Assembly: GCA_013177895.1 (NCBI GenBank)
Contig: JABLXV010000002.1
Location: 1,285-65,284, forward strand
DNA from: Brevinematales bacterium
GTDB lineage: Bacteria; Spirochaetota; Brevinematia; Brevinematales; GWF1-51-8
DNA length: 64,000 nt
Reading direction: 5' to 3'
A program made the translations under genes and the position numbers. The notes under the pieces were generated by a model. The model was not told where the DNA came from. It made no database searches and saw only the letters and a program-made list of their open reading frames with translations. Shown here piece after piece: positions 44,286 to 53,571 of the stretch (its first letter is position 1; every line of letters begins with the position of its first letter).

Positions 44286-45893
44286 TTAATAAATTAGCTT
44301 CTTTATTAGCCTCTCCGCCCACGCCTCGACGGTTTGTCCGGTAACATGCCGAAGCAACAGGTATTCGAACTCGCGGTTTTGTCTCAATCGGTAGATGTTC
44401 CAATGAAACGAGTTCTTTACGACTATCGATAAATGCTTATCTACGCTCTCATACCGGTCTGCATAACCCCATGAAGGTATCACAATCAAAGTCGATGACG
44501 AAGAGTATTCGAGGCGATTGAACTCGAAAATGAAACGTGAACCGATGCTTCCGCTGGAGATATGGACTATAGCGCACACTCTATCCCGTTCGATTATACT
44601 TGATGTTTCGCAATTCCTGAATGTGACTTGAACATTCCAATCCCAATTCTTATCCTGAAGAATATCTAATGCTTTCTTGAAATCGGAAAAACCTTCGGGA
44701 AAAGTAGCGGTATCGATCAATGGTACAAACTCTGCCGAGCGTATAGATCCACCCGGGAAACGGGTGCGTGTAGAGACTGTGTCGTCATTCCGGTTTGTTT
44801 TTTCTGACGGTTGTCGGAAGTTATCTCCGGTGTCGCAGGATTCCCCTTTATGACGGATTTGAGTTTTACTTCGAACTTTGACAACTTTCGGTTTATTAAC
44901 AAAACGAAATAGTGTATTGGGATTTGATATTCTTCTAGGTTCGGCTCCTTTATCGGCGGCTTTGACCGTTTCATCCAGGACAAATGCAGGAATATCGCCA
45001 GTGTCTTCGGTTTCGCCCCTAGGAGTTACAGGCTTTCTATCGGTTTCCACACTAATGAATTTGGGCGAATGGCAGACGATTCGAGAGTATGGTGCTATTA
45101 TCCCCCTTCGTTCAAGGATTTCCAGAACAAGGATGCGGTTGTAGAGTTTCAACCCTCTGCATCTCCAATGTTCTCGCGTCGATAAAGGGGGATACGCTTC
45201 GAGCGGGATACCTTCTTTGAATCCGCGTTCAAATTGTCCGGGAAAGTCGATCATAGCCCGATCAAACATTCGAAGGTAAACCGAATCCCATTCGGTAGAG
45301 GCTTTTTTATCGAAGTTTAGCCATACGAAATACGAGATGATGTCCTCTTTCAGCAGGGCTTCCGGATATTCACCGGTTAATTCTATTTCGATACCGAAAT
45401 CGTGTTCGATGTACGATCCGAGCAGATTATCCATACCCCGTGGTTCGAATAGACGGTTCAATAAAGCAGAATACGGTGCTATAATCGATCTGAGAATCTC
45501 AGTGCACGGGAGGTAAATGATCGTACCGGAGATCATAAACCTGCACAGGAGTTGGTACCCATACCTGATTGTCTCCCAAAACGGGTACAACGGGCGCGGA
45601 ATGTCGAAGCCCTTGCACAAAGAAAAACGGGTGGATGGAGAAATCTGGATGGAATACTCTCTTCCGGTCGCGTCCTCGTTCCGGATGGTACCGTTAACAT
45701 ATTTCCTGCCGGGTATCAATGAGGGCAAAGTTCCCCAAGGAAATACTTCTTCCTTGTAACTCCCATTCGGGCGTCGAAATATCGCCGGGATCATCCATTG
45801 CCCCGGGGATTCTTTGTACGGAGCACCCAGCCAATACAGTTCGACGTTTTCGTTTTCGGAAAATCTCCACGGGCGAAGCGTAAGTTCAGTCAT
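44286..45893 (-). CDS. Uncharacterised 535-aa protein in the TnsE position of the tns operon
   Basis: Starts 5 nt after the tniQ stop and is co-oriented with it. Its size is close to Tn7 TnsE (538 aa). No motif recognised by eye. Confidence 0.6.
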   Translation of the reverse strand: MTELTLRPWRFSENENVELYWLGAPYKESPGQWMIPAIFRRPNGSYKEEVFPWGTLPSLIPGRKYVNGTIRNEDATGREYSIQISPSTRFSLCKGFDIPRPLYPFWETIRYGYQLLCRFMISGTIIYLPCTEILRSIIAPYSALLNRLFEPRGMDNLLGSYIEHDFGIEIELTGEYPEALLKEDIISYFVWLNFDKKASTEWDSVYLRMFDRAMIDFPGQFERGFKEGIPLEAYPPLSTREHWRCRGLKLYNRILVLEILERRGIIAPYSRIVCHSPKFISVETDRKPVTPRGETEDTGDIPAFVLDETVKAADKGAEPRRISNPNTLFRFVNKPKVVKVRSKTQIRHKGESCDTGDNFRQPSEKTNRNDDTVSTRTRFPGGSIRSAEFVPLIDTATFPEGFSDFKKALDILQDKNWDWNVQVTFRNCETSSIIERDRVCAIVHISSGSIGSRFIFEFNRLEYSSSSTLIVIPSWGYADRYESVDKHLSIVVKNSFHWNIYRLRQNREFEYLLLRHVTGQTVEAWAERLIKKLIY

Positions 45894-45898
45894 ATATC

Positions 45899-47473
45899 CT
45901 ACCCGGCTTTTATTTTTCGATCATTTATATATCGATTTGTTTCTTTACGGATAGCGTTTTTCACTTTTAACGCATACGATTGTGTTAATCCCGCAAGCCG
46001 CTCGATTCTCCACCGGTCGATGGGTTTGCCTTGACGTACCAATTCACGTGAGCTCCATTCTACTCGCCTTACTTGGAAATCCTCAACGCTTTCCGAAACT
46101 CCTTTCAAATACCCGACCGATATCGGGAGCTTGTCGGGATGTTTTTCCAGACATGTAAGCCAACCGATTCTCTTCCCGACGGAAGTGAGGGAAATCCTGA
46201 TAGGTTTTCCCCCTTTTCCGCGCATTTCCTTGACGACGGCCTTTACCTTTTCTAAAATAATTCTATCTCTTTTCTTCCAATCGACAGTCCCGGAAAAGTT
46301 ATGGGTGGAATATCTCGGCGAATTCGTCTTCAGCCATGCATAATCGTAACGGAAAAGTTTCGTATGCAAGGGGAAGTCGAATTTCTTTAATTGTGTTCTC
46401 GACATCCCCGGATGTGTCTCGATGAGATTTCGCCATTCGCTCCTGCAACGTTCGATATCGACCGTATCGGGTTTTTCCCAAGATCGGCGGCTTTTTACGA
46501 ATAACTTCTCAGGGGGCATTCGTTTCGCATCGTCAATGAAGTTGGCAGGGATTCCACAAAAAAACCGCATCAACAATAGATGCCTGAGAGGGTGTAGCGT
46601 TTTCGTTAGATTCTTAATGATGTACATCGGCCACAGATAAGCCTCGTCGCAAAGATAATTCGATTGAAGTTTTTCAAGCGTTTCCGATCCGTAGAAATCA
46701 TGCAACTCCCGGATAAATTCACCCCAACGGTGTCCGTCGATATTGACCGGCGAGAATTTAATCTTTAGAAAACGACGGTAGGTTTTCTTCAAGCCCCCAT
46801 CAGCATAGGAAATCTCCCGAACTTTTTCGTAATTATCGTACAACCATTCGATATCGTCGGCGACTTCGCACAGTTTGTCCGTAACTCCGTCGATTTTCGG
46901 CGGAACGCGATTCGGCGAGATCGGGCAGGTATCGGCGTCTGCCGCAATGAAATCCTGTTTGTGCATTTCGTGAATTTCAATCGGGCTTTCTTCCAGAAAG
47001 ACTTTATGCCTACTGCACACGAGCACACCTGGTGTGTTGTGGAGCCGGTGCCAATAGAATTCGCCGTATCGTTCGAAGTCATCCCGGCAGCATTCCGGGC
47101 AATATTTTAGCATCGGAAAGACATGAATCGTACTTGCTGTAATGCCCAATTTGATGTGGATATTTCCACCGAAAGGTTTTCTCATAGTTTTGTAGGCGTC
47201 TCTCGCTTCGTTTTGGGGCAAAAAGGCCGTGTAGTATGGGTAAAGGGTATGATCGCGGATTATGTCTCTAACGGATAAAGAAACAAACGATGGTAATACG
47301 CTCGCGAGCGCGTCTATATGGCAAGGCATGTCGAAAACTGAGGAAAAAGTCTTTTTCCCGAGAAGCTCCTTCATCGTAGCACTAAAACTCGTGTTCCCGC
47401 TCCTCACATGGTATCTTGAAAGAACACCGTACAACAGCTCGTCTGGATAAGGAAGAGGAAAGAACACTGGCAT
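45899..47473 (-). CDS. tniQ: TniQ/TnsD-family target-selection protein
   Basis: N-terminus MPVFFPLPYPDELLYGVLSRYHVRSGNTS (TniQ signature). CPECC zinc-finger motif. 524 aa, so a long TnsD-like form. Confidence 0.85.
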   Translation of the reverse strand: MPVFFPLPYPDELLYGVLSRYHVRSGNTSFSATMKELLGKKTFSSVFDMPCHIDALASVLPSFVSLSVRDIIRDHTLYPYYTAFLPQNEARDAYKTMRKPFGGNIHIKLGITASTIHVFPMLKYCPECCRDDFERYGEFYWHRLHNTPGVLVCSRHKVFLEESPIEIHEMHKQDFIAADADTCPISPNRVPPKIDGVTDKLCEVADDIEWLYDNYEKVREISYADGGLKKTYRRFLKIKFSPVNIDGHRWGEFIRELHDFYGSETLEKLQSNYLCDEAYLWPMYIIKNLTKTLHPLRHLLLMRFFCGIPANFIDDAKRMPPEKLFVKSRRSWEKPDTVDIERCRSEWRNLIETHPGMSRTQLKKFDFPLHTKLFRYDYAWLKTNSPRYSTHNFSGTVDWKKRDRIILEKVKAVVKEMRGKGGKPIRISLTSVGKRIGWLTCLEKHPDKLPISVGYLKGVSESVEDFQVRRVEWSSRELVRQGKPIDRWRIERLAGLTQSYALKVKNAIRKETNRYINDRKIKAG

Positions 47474-47476
47474 AAT

Positions 47477-49003
47477 CTATCCCGCCTCGATGAATTCCCT
47501 ATGGATGTCTTTTATGAATCCTGCTTTTTCAAGAGACGAAAAAACTGAAGAACCCGTCCTCTTTCCTTCCGCCGCTACTTGTTTCAACGTATCCGTTACC
47601 GAATAACAGTTGCCCATGATTATCCCCTGCCCGGATGAAGGATCGAATTGTTGCGGTAATATTGTATCTATCGATGAAGATGCGCTTGATTTTCGCTTGT
47701 GCATATTTGTTACCGGATTCAGCATAGAAGCAATTTGTCGATCGCGGAATTGGTCGTAATGGAGGGGGAGGAGGTCTTCGAACATCCCGATCTTTTTCTC
47801 ATCTTTAGATTTTAGAGCATCCAACATCGGTTTCAGGAGCAGTAAGCCTTCCGTAGCTGCTTGGTTGACGATATCGACCGTTATTGTTTCTTTTCCGGTT
47901 GCTATTGCTTTGAATTGCGTCATGGCAAACAGCTTCACCGCAACATCAACGATGCCCTGGCTGTGTTCGAAGAACAAGCGGCTTATTTCGGGTGTCAGCG
48001 GCACCTTTTTTTTAGTCCACTGATGTTTCCATAAACCGTTCATAAGAACCTGCCACCAAATCTCGTTTTCCTTAAGATTTTCCCAGAAAACCGGCCCCTG
48101 TTGGCCGCCGCTACGTCTCGCTTCCCTGAATTCTCCCCGAAGAATCGGAAGTGCTTTATTTGTCCCAATTAAAAGAATTGGAACGCCAATTCTATTTGCC
48201 AACGATACGAAGAAATCCAGCATCTTACCCGAACCTCCGCTTTTTGCTGAGCTTATGTTTTGGATTTCATCGATTACCAATAAGCCGAGGTGATTCCGGC
48301 GAGCCAAGATGGTCATTTGGGGTATCATTACTTCGGTGGTCGTCTGACTGTGGGATGCGAAATCCTTGTGGGTACGTGCTCCCAAGAGCCTGTCATATTC
48401 TATAAAGAAGGAAGTACAGAGGCTTTTAATACTTCCGTTGTGAGGACAATCGAGCTTCATCCAAACGATCTGGAAATCGTTAAAAACCGAGTTCACCTTC
48501 ATTTCGTGTAGGATCACTTGGGGATACCATGACAGGATTTTCTCGACCGTCGTCGTTTTTCCAACGCCGGAATACCCGATTATCGCGAAACCCGAGGCGG
48601 GTACTGTAACCGGACGTACTTTGGATAATGATGAGTCTTTGTCGTCGATCGCTTTACGGATTTCATGGAGAGCTGTGACATTGGCAGGGCTTGCGGGATT
48701 TCTGGAAAGATAACCCCGACGGATAGCTCTCGATATTTTACTTTCAATTTCGAAATGTTTATCCATCGGTTGAAAGAAATCGTACAGGCGGTCAATGATA
48801 TGGAATCTTAAATGCGCATCGAGAAACCTTTCAGAATCCTTATATATAGGGAAGTGTTGGAGTTTAGCCTCGACTTCTACCGGCGACATAATAGGCGGAA
48901 GCGCCTTGATGAGCAGGTTATCGTTATACTCCGGCAACCCTTGGTCGATATATTCCGCTTTCTTTGCGAAAACAGAATCCTTTGAAAAATACTCGTTACT
49001 CAT
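47477..49003 (-). CDS. tnsC: TnsC-like AAA+ transposition regulator
   Basis: Walker A GYSGVGKTTTV and Walker B LGLLVIDEIQN. Positioned between tnsB and tniQ. Confidence 0.85.
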   Translation of the reverse strand: MSNEYFSKDSVFAKKAEYIDQGLPEYNDNLLIKALPPIMSPVEVEAKLQHFPIYKDSERFLDAHLRFHIIDRLYDFFQPMDKHFEIESKISRAIRRGYLSRNPASPANVTALHEIRKAIDDKDSSLSKVRPVTVPASGFAIIGYSGVGKTTTVEKILSWYPQVILHEMKVNSVFNDFQIVWMKLDCPHNGSIKSLCTSFFIEYDRLLGARTHKDFASHSQTTTEVMIPQMTILARRNHLGLLVIDEIQNISSAKSGGSGKMLDFFVSLANRIGVPILLIGTNKALPILRGEFREARRSGGQQGPVFWENLKENEIWWQVLMNGLWKHQWTKKKVPLTPEISRLFFEHSQGIVDVAVKLFAMTQFKAIATGKETITVDIVNQAATEGLLLLKPMLDALKSKDEKKIGMFEDLLPLHYDQFRDRQIASMLNPVTNMHKRKSSASSSIDTILPQQFDPSSGQGIIMGNCYSVTDTLKQVAAEGKRTGSSVFSSLEKAGFIKDIHREFIEAG

Positions 49004-51167
49004 CTTTACGGTTCAACCTCTCCTGCTGTTTTTTTATAATATAATCGATGTCAATAATCCCCTTCGACCGCTCGTTTTCTTCGGTAGGTGCATCCTCGAA
49101 GTCAACCAATTGCGGTCCGTTAATCTTATCTCCAAGTTCGAATGCTTCGCTTTTACGGTTGACCAACTTTTCATTAGCGCGGTTATTCCTGATATTTTTT
49201 ACTCTTGCGCTTTTACTCTCTTTATCACCTACTCCCGAATTCTTTTCTTTTTTAGCTTTTTTAACAATGTCGTCTATTTCAGCAAATAAATCGATTTCGG
49301 CTTGAAGGGAGGCTCCCTCATTTATTTTTTTCTTTAGTTTAAGATAGGCTTCAATGAATTCGATATCCTCGATAGACTTACCCATTCTTCCACGGCTTTC
49401 GATAAGGTGACATTTATCAAAACTTCTCCCATCGGCAGATCGTATGTATATGAAATCCATATTTCTCGGTTCGTACGAAATATCGATTCTCCAACTCCCT
49501 TTGTTTCTCGCCCGCTCAAACCAGTTTTCCGACACCGTTTTTTCACTTTTATAGTACATCGAAGCAAAACGGATCCCTCTTTCGGTAACCGATGCAGTTC
49601 CCGTCGGCATGAGATTGAGTTTTACGATATCCTCGGGTATCCAGCGGAGTTTCCCCACTCGATTTTTTATTCCCCAATTCCAGAGTTTTAACGGTACGGG
49701 ATCGACGTCGTCGCCGATCGCCATTTCGTCAAGCCAGATATGACCGAGCCATTTATTGTTATTGTATTTAACGACCATTTTTATAATTAAAGCGGTGAAC
49801 TCCCGGATATCCATATGTGCGTCCATACGATAATCCCTTGCTCCCCTCTCTTTGAAATCGACATCGACAAAACCCGGAACGAATGGTTTTACCTTATCCT
49901 TGATTGTTAGGAAATGCCGTTCGATAATTCCTTTCATGTCTCCGCGGTAGGGGGATGCGTTTTGAATTTTCACATGCAGGCTTTCGATCATGGTTTCCGG
50001 TTTGCCGCCCTCCATTTCCCCTCTATCGGCTAGAATAGCCTCGGGAATATGCTTGCAGGGCCAATCGTTTTCACCAATGATAATACCGTATTCGGCACAA
50101 AAGTTTACCTTATCCGATGCCGCGTTCGATAAGGCCATCATTGCGCCCACCCATGACGGACCTTCGAGCCCGACATACATCCCCGCGACTACCCTGGTGA
50201 AAACGTCGATAACCATGTAGATTACCGGGCGGCCGATAATCAAATCACGGTTGAAAGCGGATGCAAGATAAACATCGCCGATCGTGGCATCGATTTGATA
50301 GAGAGAACCTGGGCCGAGTAAGCCGGCATCCGATCTCCCTAATATAGGCCTATAGATGAGTTCGTATTTTTTAGCACCGTATCTCGAAGAAACCGATTTT
50401 TTCAAATTACTTTCTTTTGCGAACAAATATGAAAATTGGGTAAAGGTTGGTCTATCTTTTTCCGGAATCAGAAGGGGCTTTTTTATTCCGTCTTCGATGC
50501 GATATCCCTGCGTAAAGTATTCCTTTAACATTAGTTTAAAGGCGACCGTTAGGGGGTTTTTCTTCGAGGTATCGTAGAACCTATCGATCGCTATCCTGAA
50601 TACTTTCTTTATCGATTCGTCGATATTGATTCCTTCTCCGGTAATTGCCGACAATTTCCTGGGTCTGCCGATTTTCTTAATTCCGGCTCTTTTTTCTTTA
50701 CCCCGTCCGCCGCAGTAGTAATAGTCGGGAATCAGGGCGTTTTTATTCATTCCGCGTTGCCAATACCTGCGCAGGTATCGGTAAACGGTGTGGGTGTTTA
50801 CTCCGAAATTCGCAACAGTCTTTTTCACCAGTTGCCCGCGTAACTCTTTCTCGAATACTCCCGGTGTTTCTAAAATGAGCGGTTCTACGATTTCCCATGC
50901 TTTATCGCGAATGTGTTTACTTTTTTCATCGATAGATTTTTCGGATATATAACCCCCGTAGGGATCAGTGTCGGCGATAACTAACGCGCCTTGCTCGATT
51001 ATTTCGAGGATAATAGAGACGCTCCTCTTTTCCGGCAATGCGGTCGGGGAATCTACATCGATGGTTATCGCGGTATCCGATGCGTTCATCCAAAGGATAC
51101 GTTCCCGTATTTGTTTTCCGTTTTGACCGTTACCGATTAAGATAGAGTTAACCGAAATGTTTATCAT
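48996..51167 (-). CDS. tnsB: TnsB-like DDE (rve) transposase
   Basis: YQIDATIGDVYL...GRPVIYMVIDVFTRVVAG (first D), ILADRGEMEG (second D) and RGDMKGIIERHF (E). Length 723 aa. Confidence 0.88.
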   Translation of the reverse strand: MINISVNSILIGNGQNGKQIRERILWMNASDTAITIDVDSPTALPEKRSVSIILEIIEQGALVIADTDPYGGYISEKSIDEKSKHIRDKAWEIVEPLILETPGVFEKELRGQLVKKTVANFGVNTHTVYRYLRRYWQRGMNKNALIPDYYYCGGRGKEKRAGIKKIGRPRKLSAITGEGINIDESIKKVFRIAIDRFYDTSKKNPLTVAFKLMLKEYFTQGYRIEDGIKKPLLIPEKDRPTFTQFSYLFAKESNLKKSVSSRYGAKKYELIYRPILGRSDAGLLGPGSLYQIDATIGDVYLASAFNRDLIIGRPVIYMVIDVFTRVVAGMYVGLEGPSWVGAMMALSNAASDKVNFCAEYGIIIGENDWPCKHIPEAILADRGEMEGGKPETMIESLHVKIQNASPYRGDMKGIIERHFLTIKDKVKPFVPGFVDVDFKERGARDYRMDAHMDIREFTALIIKMVVKYNNNKWLGHIWLDEMAIGDDVDPVPLKLWNWGIKNRVGKLRWIPEDIVKLNLMPTGTASVTERGIRFASMYYKSEKTVSENWFERARNKGSWRIDISYEPRNMDFIYIRSADGRSFDKCHLIESRGRMGKSIEDIEFIEAYLKLKKKINEGASLQAEIDLFAEIDDIVKKAKKEKNSGVGDKESKSARVKNIRNNRANEKLVNRKSEAFELGDKINGPQLVDFEDAPTEENERSKGIIDIDYIIKKQQERLNRKDE

Positions 51168-52018
51168 GCGAGATTCTCTCCCTTAAACTTCGTCTCCGAA
51201 ACGAATACTGAATCCGTATCCATGCGGTTAAAATCCATTTTTCCATACATATCGATTGCAATTTCTTTCCGGGCGATTAAGTGCCTGGTTAGTGCAAGGA
51301 AAGTACCGTCTTCCTCGCCATGAGCCGCGTCCAGTTCTGAAAGCATGGGAAGCACCTGACCCCGACCGCTTCTCAATCTCATTTTTAGGCTTTCCAGCAT
51401 ATCCCGCAACGATGCGCGGTTCTTGACTGTCAAACCGTCAGACCAATAATACTCGTGGATCCATTCGATGTTCTTGGCTAAAGCCTTTGATTTATCGGTT
51501 TCTTTTATGATTCCCCAGTCGATGCCCCGTTCTTCCCAGTATATCCTTTCAATTTCGAATTTCCCCAGCATTCTTTCGTATTTTGCATCATTTGTGAATT
51601 CTTCAGGGTATTTAAAGGTGCGGGCTAAGTATTTTTTCTGTCCATCGGAAAGGACGGTGATCATGAAGTCTGTCGTAAGAACGTAAGGGATTGTTGTCCC
51701 AGGATAATGGGGATGTTTAATGTGGATATCTTCGGCTATCCGTTGCGAATGTTCCCGGTCGAGAAGCGGGAATTGTTCCCTAATGTCTATTACAGGATTT
51801 GCCCATTCGAGAAGATAAAAAATACGGCTTTCTCCATCGGATACAAGGTGATGAATTCTATCGGTTTTCCACCCGTGAATTCGGGACACTCTCCCCAATG
51901 AAGGTACGTCTTGAATCGTCAACCACGGGTGATAATCCTTCCCTTCACCGCTACCCCTGCCTTCTTCGATCCGTTGAGCAATCTTTTCTTCAGAAAATAC
52001 TGTCCTTTGCTTTGCCAT
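51164..52018 (-). CDS. tnsA: TnsA-like endonuclease
   Basis: ..SLGRVSRIHGWKTDRIHHLVSDGESRIFYLLEWANPVIDIREQFPL matches the TnsA N-terminal restriction-fold region. 4-nt overlap with the tnsB start. Confidence 0.8.
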   Translation of the reverse strand: MAKQRTVFSEEKIAQRIEEGRGSGEGKDYHPWLTIQDVPSLGRVSRIHGWKTDRIHHLVSDGESRIFYLLEWANPVIDIREQFPLLDREHSQRIAEDIHIKHPHYPGTTIPYVLTTDFMITVLSDGQKKYLARTFKYPEEFTNDAKYERMLGKFEIERIYWEERGIDWGIIKETDKSKALAKNIEWIHEYYWSDGLTVKNRASLRDMLESLKMRLRSGRGQVLPMLSELDAAHGEEDGTFLALTRHLIARKEIAIDMYGKMDFNRMDTDSVFVSETKFKGENLA

Positions 52019-52110
52019 TTCCTAAACCTTCCTTTTTTTGTTAAAGAAAGATCACATGTTGGGCAAACCGTTAAAAAAGAACCGTCAATACCAATATCGG
52101 AATATATTTT

Positions 52111-52178
52111 CAGGGCATAACATTTTTATTCAGGGCACAACTTTTTTATCTAGGGCACAACTTTTTTATGATTCCACA
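52111..52178 (-). repeat. Transposon right (tnsA-proximal) end with three contiguous TnsB-type binding repeats
   Basis: Plus strand: cagggcataacattttt (52111), cagggcacaactttttt (52132), tagggcacaactttttt (52151), then atgattccaca ending at 52178. Confidence 0.85.
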
Positions 52179-52183
52179 GCGGG
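52179..52183. repeat. Target-site duplication, right copy (GCGGG)
   Basis: Identical to 33622-33626. Confidence 0.85.
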
Positions 52184-52203
52184 GTTGCCCCTTCCTTGGG
52201 GCG

Positions 52204-53067
52204 TCAGTCGAAAATGACGGTTTTATTACCGAATACGACGATTTTATGCTCGAGGTGGAGTTGGACGGCGCGCGACAGGACGTTCTTCTCGAGGTTCTTA
52301 CCCTTTCGGATTAAATCCTCCACACTATCGCGGTGGCTCACCTGCGTGACATCCTGCGCGATGATCGGCCCCTGATCGAGGTCGGCGGTTACATAATGGC
52401 TGGTCGCGCCGATAATTTTCACCCCGCGCGAGTACGCCTGATGATAGGGCTTCGCCCCCACGAACGCCGGAAGGAACGAGTGATGGATATTGATGATACG
52501 GTTTTTATATCTCTCCACAAACCCGCCGCTGAGGATCTGCATATAGCGCGCGAGAACAATCAGGTCGATACCGAGCGAGTCGAAAAGCCCGATTTCCCGG
52601 CGTTCGACCGAATCCTTGTCCGATAAGTCTACCGGGAAGCACTCGAAACGCGTCCCGAAGTACTCCGCGACCGGTTTGAGGTCGTCATGGTTGCCGATCA
52701 CCGCGGGAACCTCTGCGTATAATTCGCCCGATTTGACGCGCAGGAGAAGGTCGTACAGGCAATGGTCGGTCTTCGAGACCAGCACCGCCATCTTCGGGCG
52801 GTAGTCCGAAAAATGGAGCGACCAGTCCATATCGAATTTGCGCGCGATCGGCGTAAATATTTCTTTTATCACTCCCGCCGGTACGGAAAATCCGTCGAGC
52901 TCCCATTCTATCCGCATGAAATAGGTCGCGGTCTGCAAATCGGTATGCTGGTCGGAATGGATGATGTTCCCGTTATTCTCGAATACGAATTTCGACACCT
53001 CGGCGACAATTCCCCTTGTGTCAGGACATGATAATAGTAAAATCGCGGTCGGTTTTTTCAACGGCAT
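52204..53067 (-). CDS. purU: Formyltetrahydrofolate deformylase
   Basis: N-terminal ACT-like domain (ILLLSCPDTRGIVAEVSKFV) plus a formyltransferase domain (IINIHHSFLPAF.GA.PY.QA). Length 287 aa. Confidence 0.88.
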   Translation of the reverse strand: MPLKKPTAILLLSCPDTRGIVAEVSKFVFENNGNIIHSDQHTDLQTATYFMRIEWELDGFSVPAGVIKEIFTPIARKFDMDWSLHFSDYRPKMAVLVSKTDHCLYDLLLRVKSGELYAEVPAVIGNHDDLKPVAEYFGTRFECFPVDLSDKDSVERREIGLFDSLGIDLIVLARYMQILSGGFVERYKNRIINIHHSFLPAFVGAKPYHQAYSRGVKIIGATSHYVTADLDQGPIIAQDVTQVSHRDSVEDLIRKGKNLEKNVLSRAVQLHLEHKIVVFGNKTVIFD

Positions 53068-53078
53068 GTTTCTCGGCC

Positions 53079-53495
53079 TTATTTTTTCAGTTTATACGAT
53101 TTGATCCTGATGGTTCCGCTATACGCGCCGGTTTTGCTGACCTTTCCCTCGGCGATAACGATTTTCCCGTTCAGCTTCTTCAGTTCCGCTATCGGGCCTT
53201 CGATCACCTCGAAACTGACGGCGGATTTGGTTTCCCAGAGTTTCGTCAGGTAGATTTTCCCGTCATCGTACACGTCGATCTTTCCCTCGACGGTCTGGGA
53301 TACCTCGCTGAGTTTGACCTCGTTCGTAGTGCCTTCCTTCACCAGCACCAGTTCGTCACCGTAATCCATCTTCTTCTCCGGGGCGATAGTTTTCCCGCCG
53401 GATAGAGCGTTGGTACTGCCGTCGGGCTTCTGCGTCTGGTTGCCGCCGCAGGATAACATGAAAAACGCGATAAATAACAACATTGCCTTCCGCAT
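53079..53495 (-). CDS. Hypothetical lipoprotein (138 aa)
   Basis: MRKAMLLFIAFFMLSCGG has a signal peptide with a lipobox. Confidence 0.6.
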   Translation of the reverse strand: MRKAMLLFIAFFMLSCGGNQTQKPDGSTNALSGGKTIAPEKKMDYGDELVLVKEGTTNEVKLSEVSQTVEGKIDVYDDGKIYLTKLWETKSAVSFEVIEGPIAELKKLNGKIVIAEGKVSKTGAYSGTIRIKSYKLKK

Positions 53496-53571
53496 AGCAT
53501 CCTCCTTTATTCAATCAATATTCTAATACGCCGGGAGGATTTGTCAATCCCCTCGGCGTATATCCGCAGGG

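Larger units (their letters stand above)
33627..52178 (-). mobile_element. Tn7-like transposon (18,552 bp): tnsA-tnsB-tnsC-tniQ plus a fifth gene, with about 10 kb of cargo
   Basis: Terminal inverted repeats TGACGAATCATAA (33627, + strand) and TGTGGAATCATAA (52178, reverse complement). Repeated TnsB-type motifs at both ends. 5-bp TSD GCGGG. Abrupt change to AT-richer composition inside. Confidence 0.9.

Noticed and set aside
44077-44403. 108-aa minus-strand ORF overlapping the 3' end of the 535-aa gene
   Set aside because: It is mostly AT-rich intergenic read-through and overlaps a better-supported gene in another frame. It has no RBS.
33627-52178. CRISPR-associated transposon (CAST) interpretation of the Tn7-like element
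   Set aside because: The element has no cas genes, no CRISPR array and no tracr-like features. tnsA is present, and a long TnsD-like TniQ together with the gene-3'-end geometry fits protein-guided att-site targeting.
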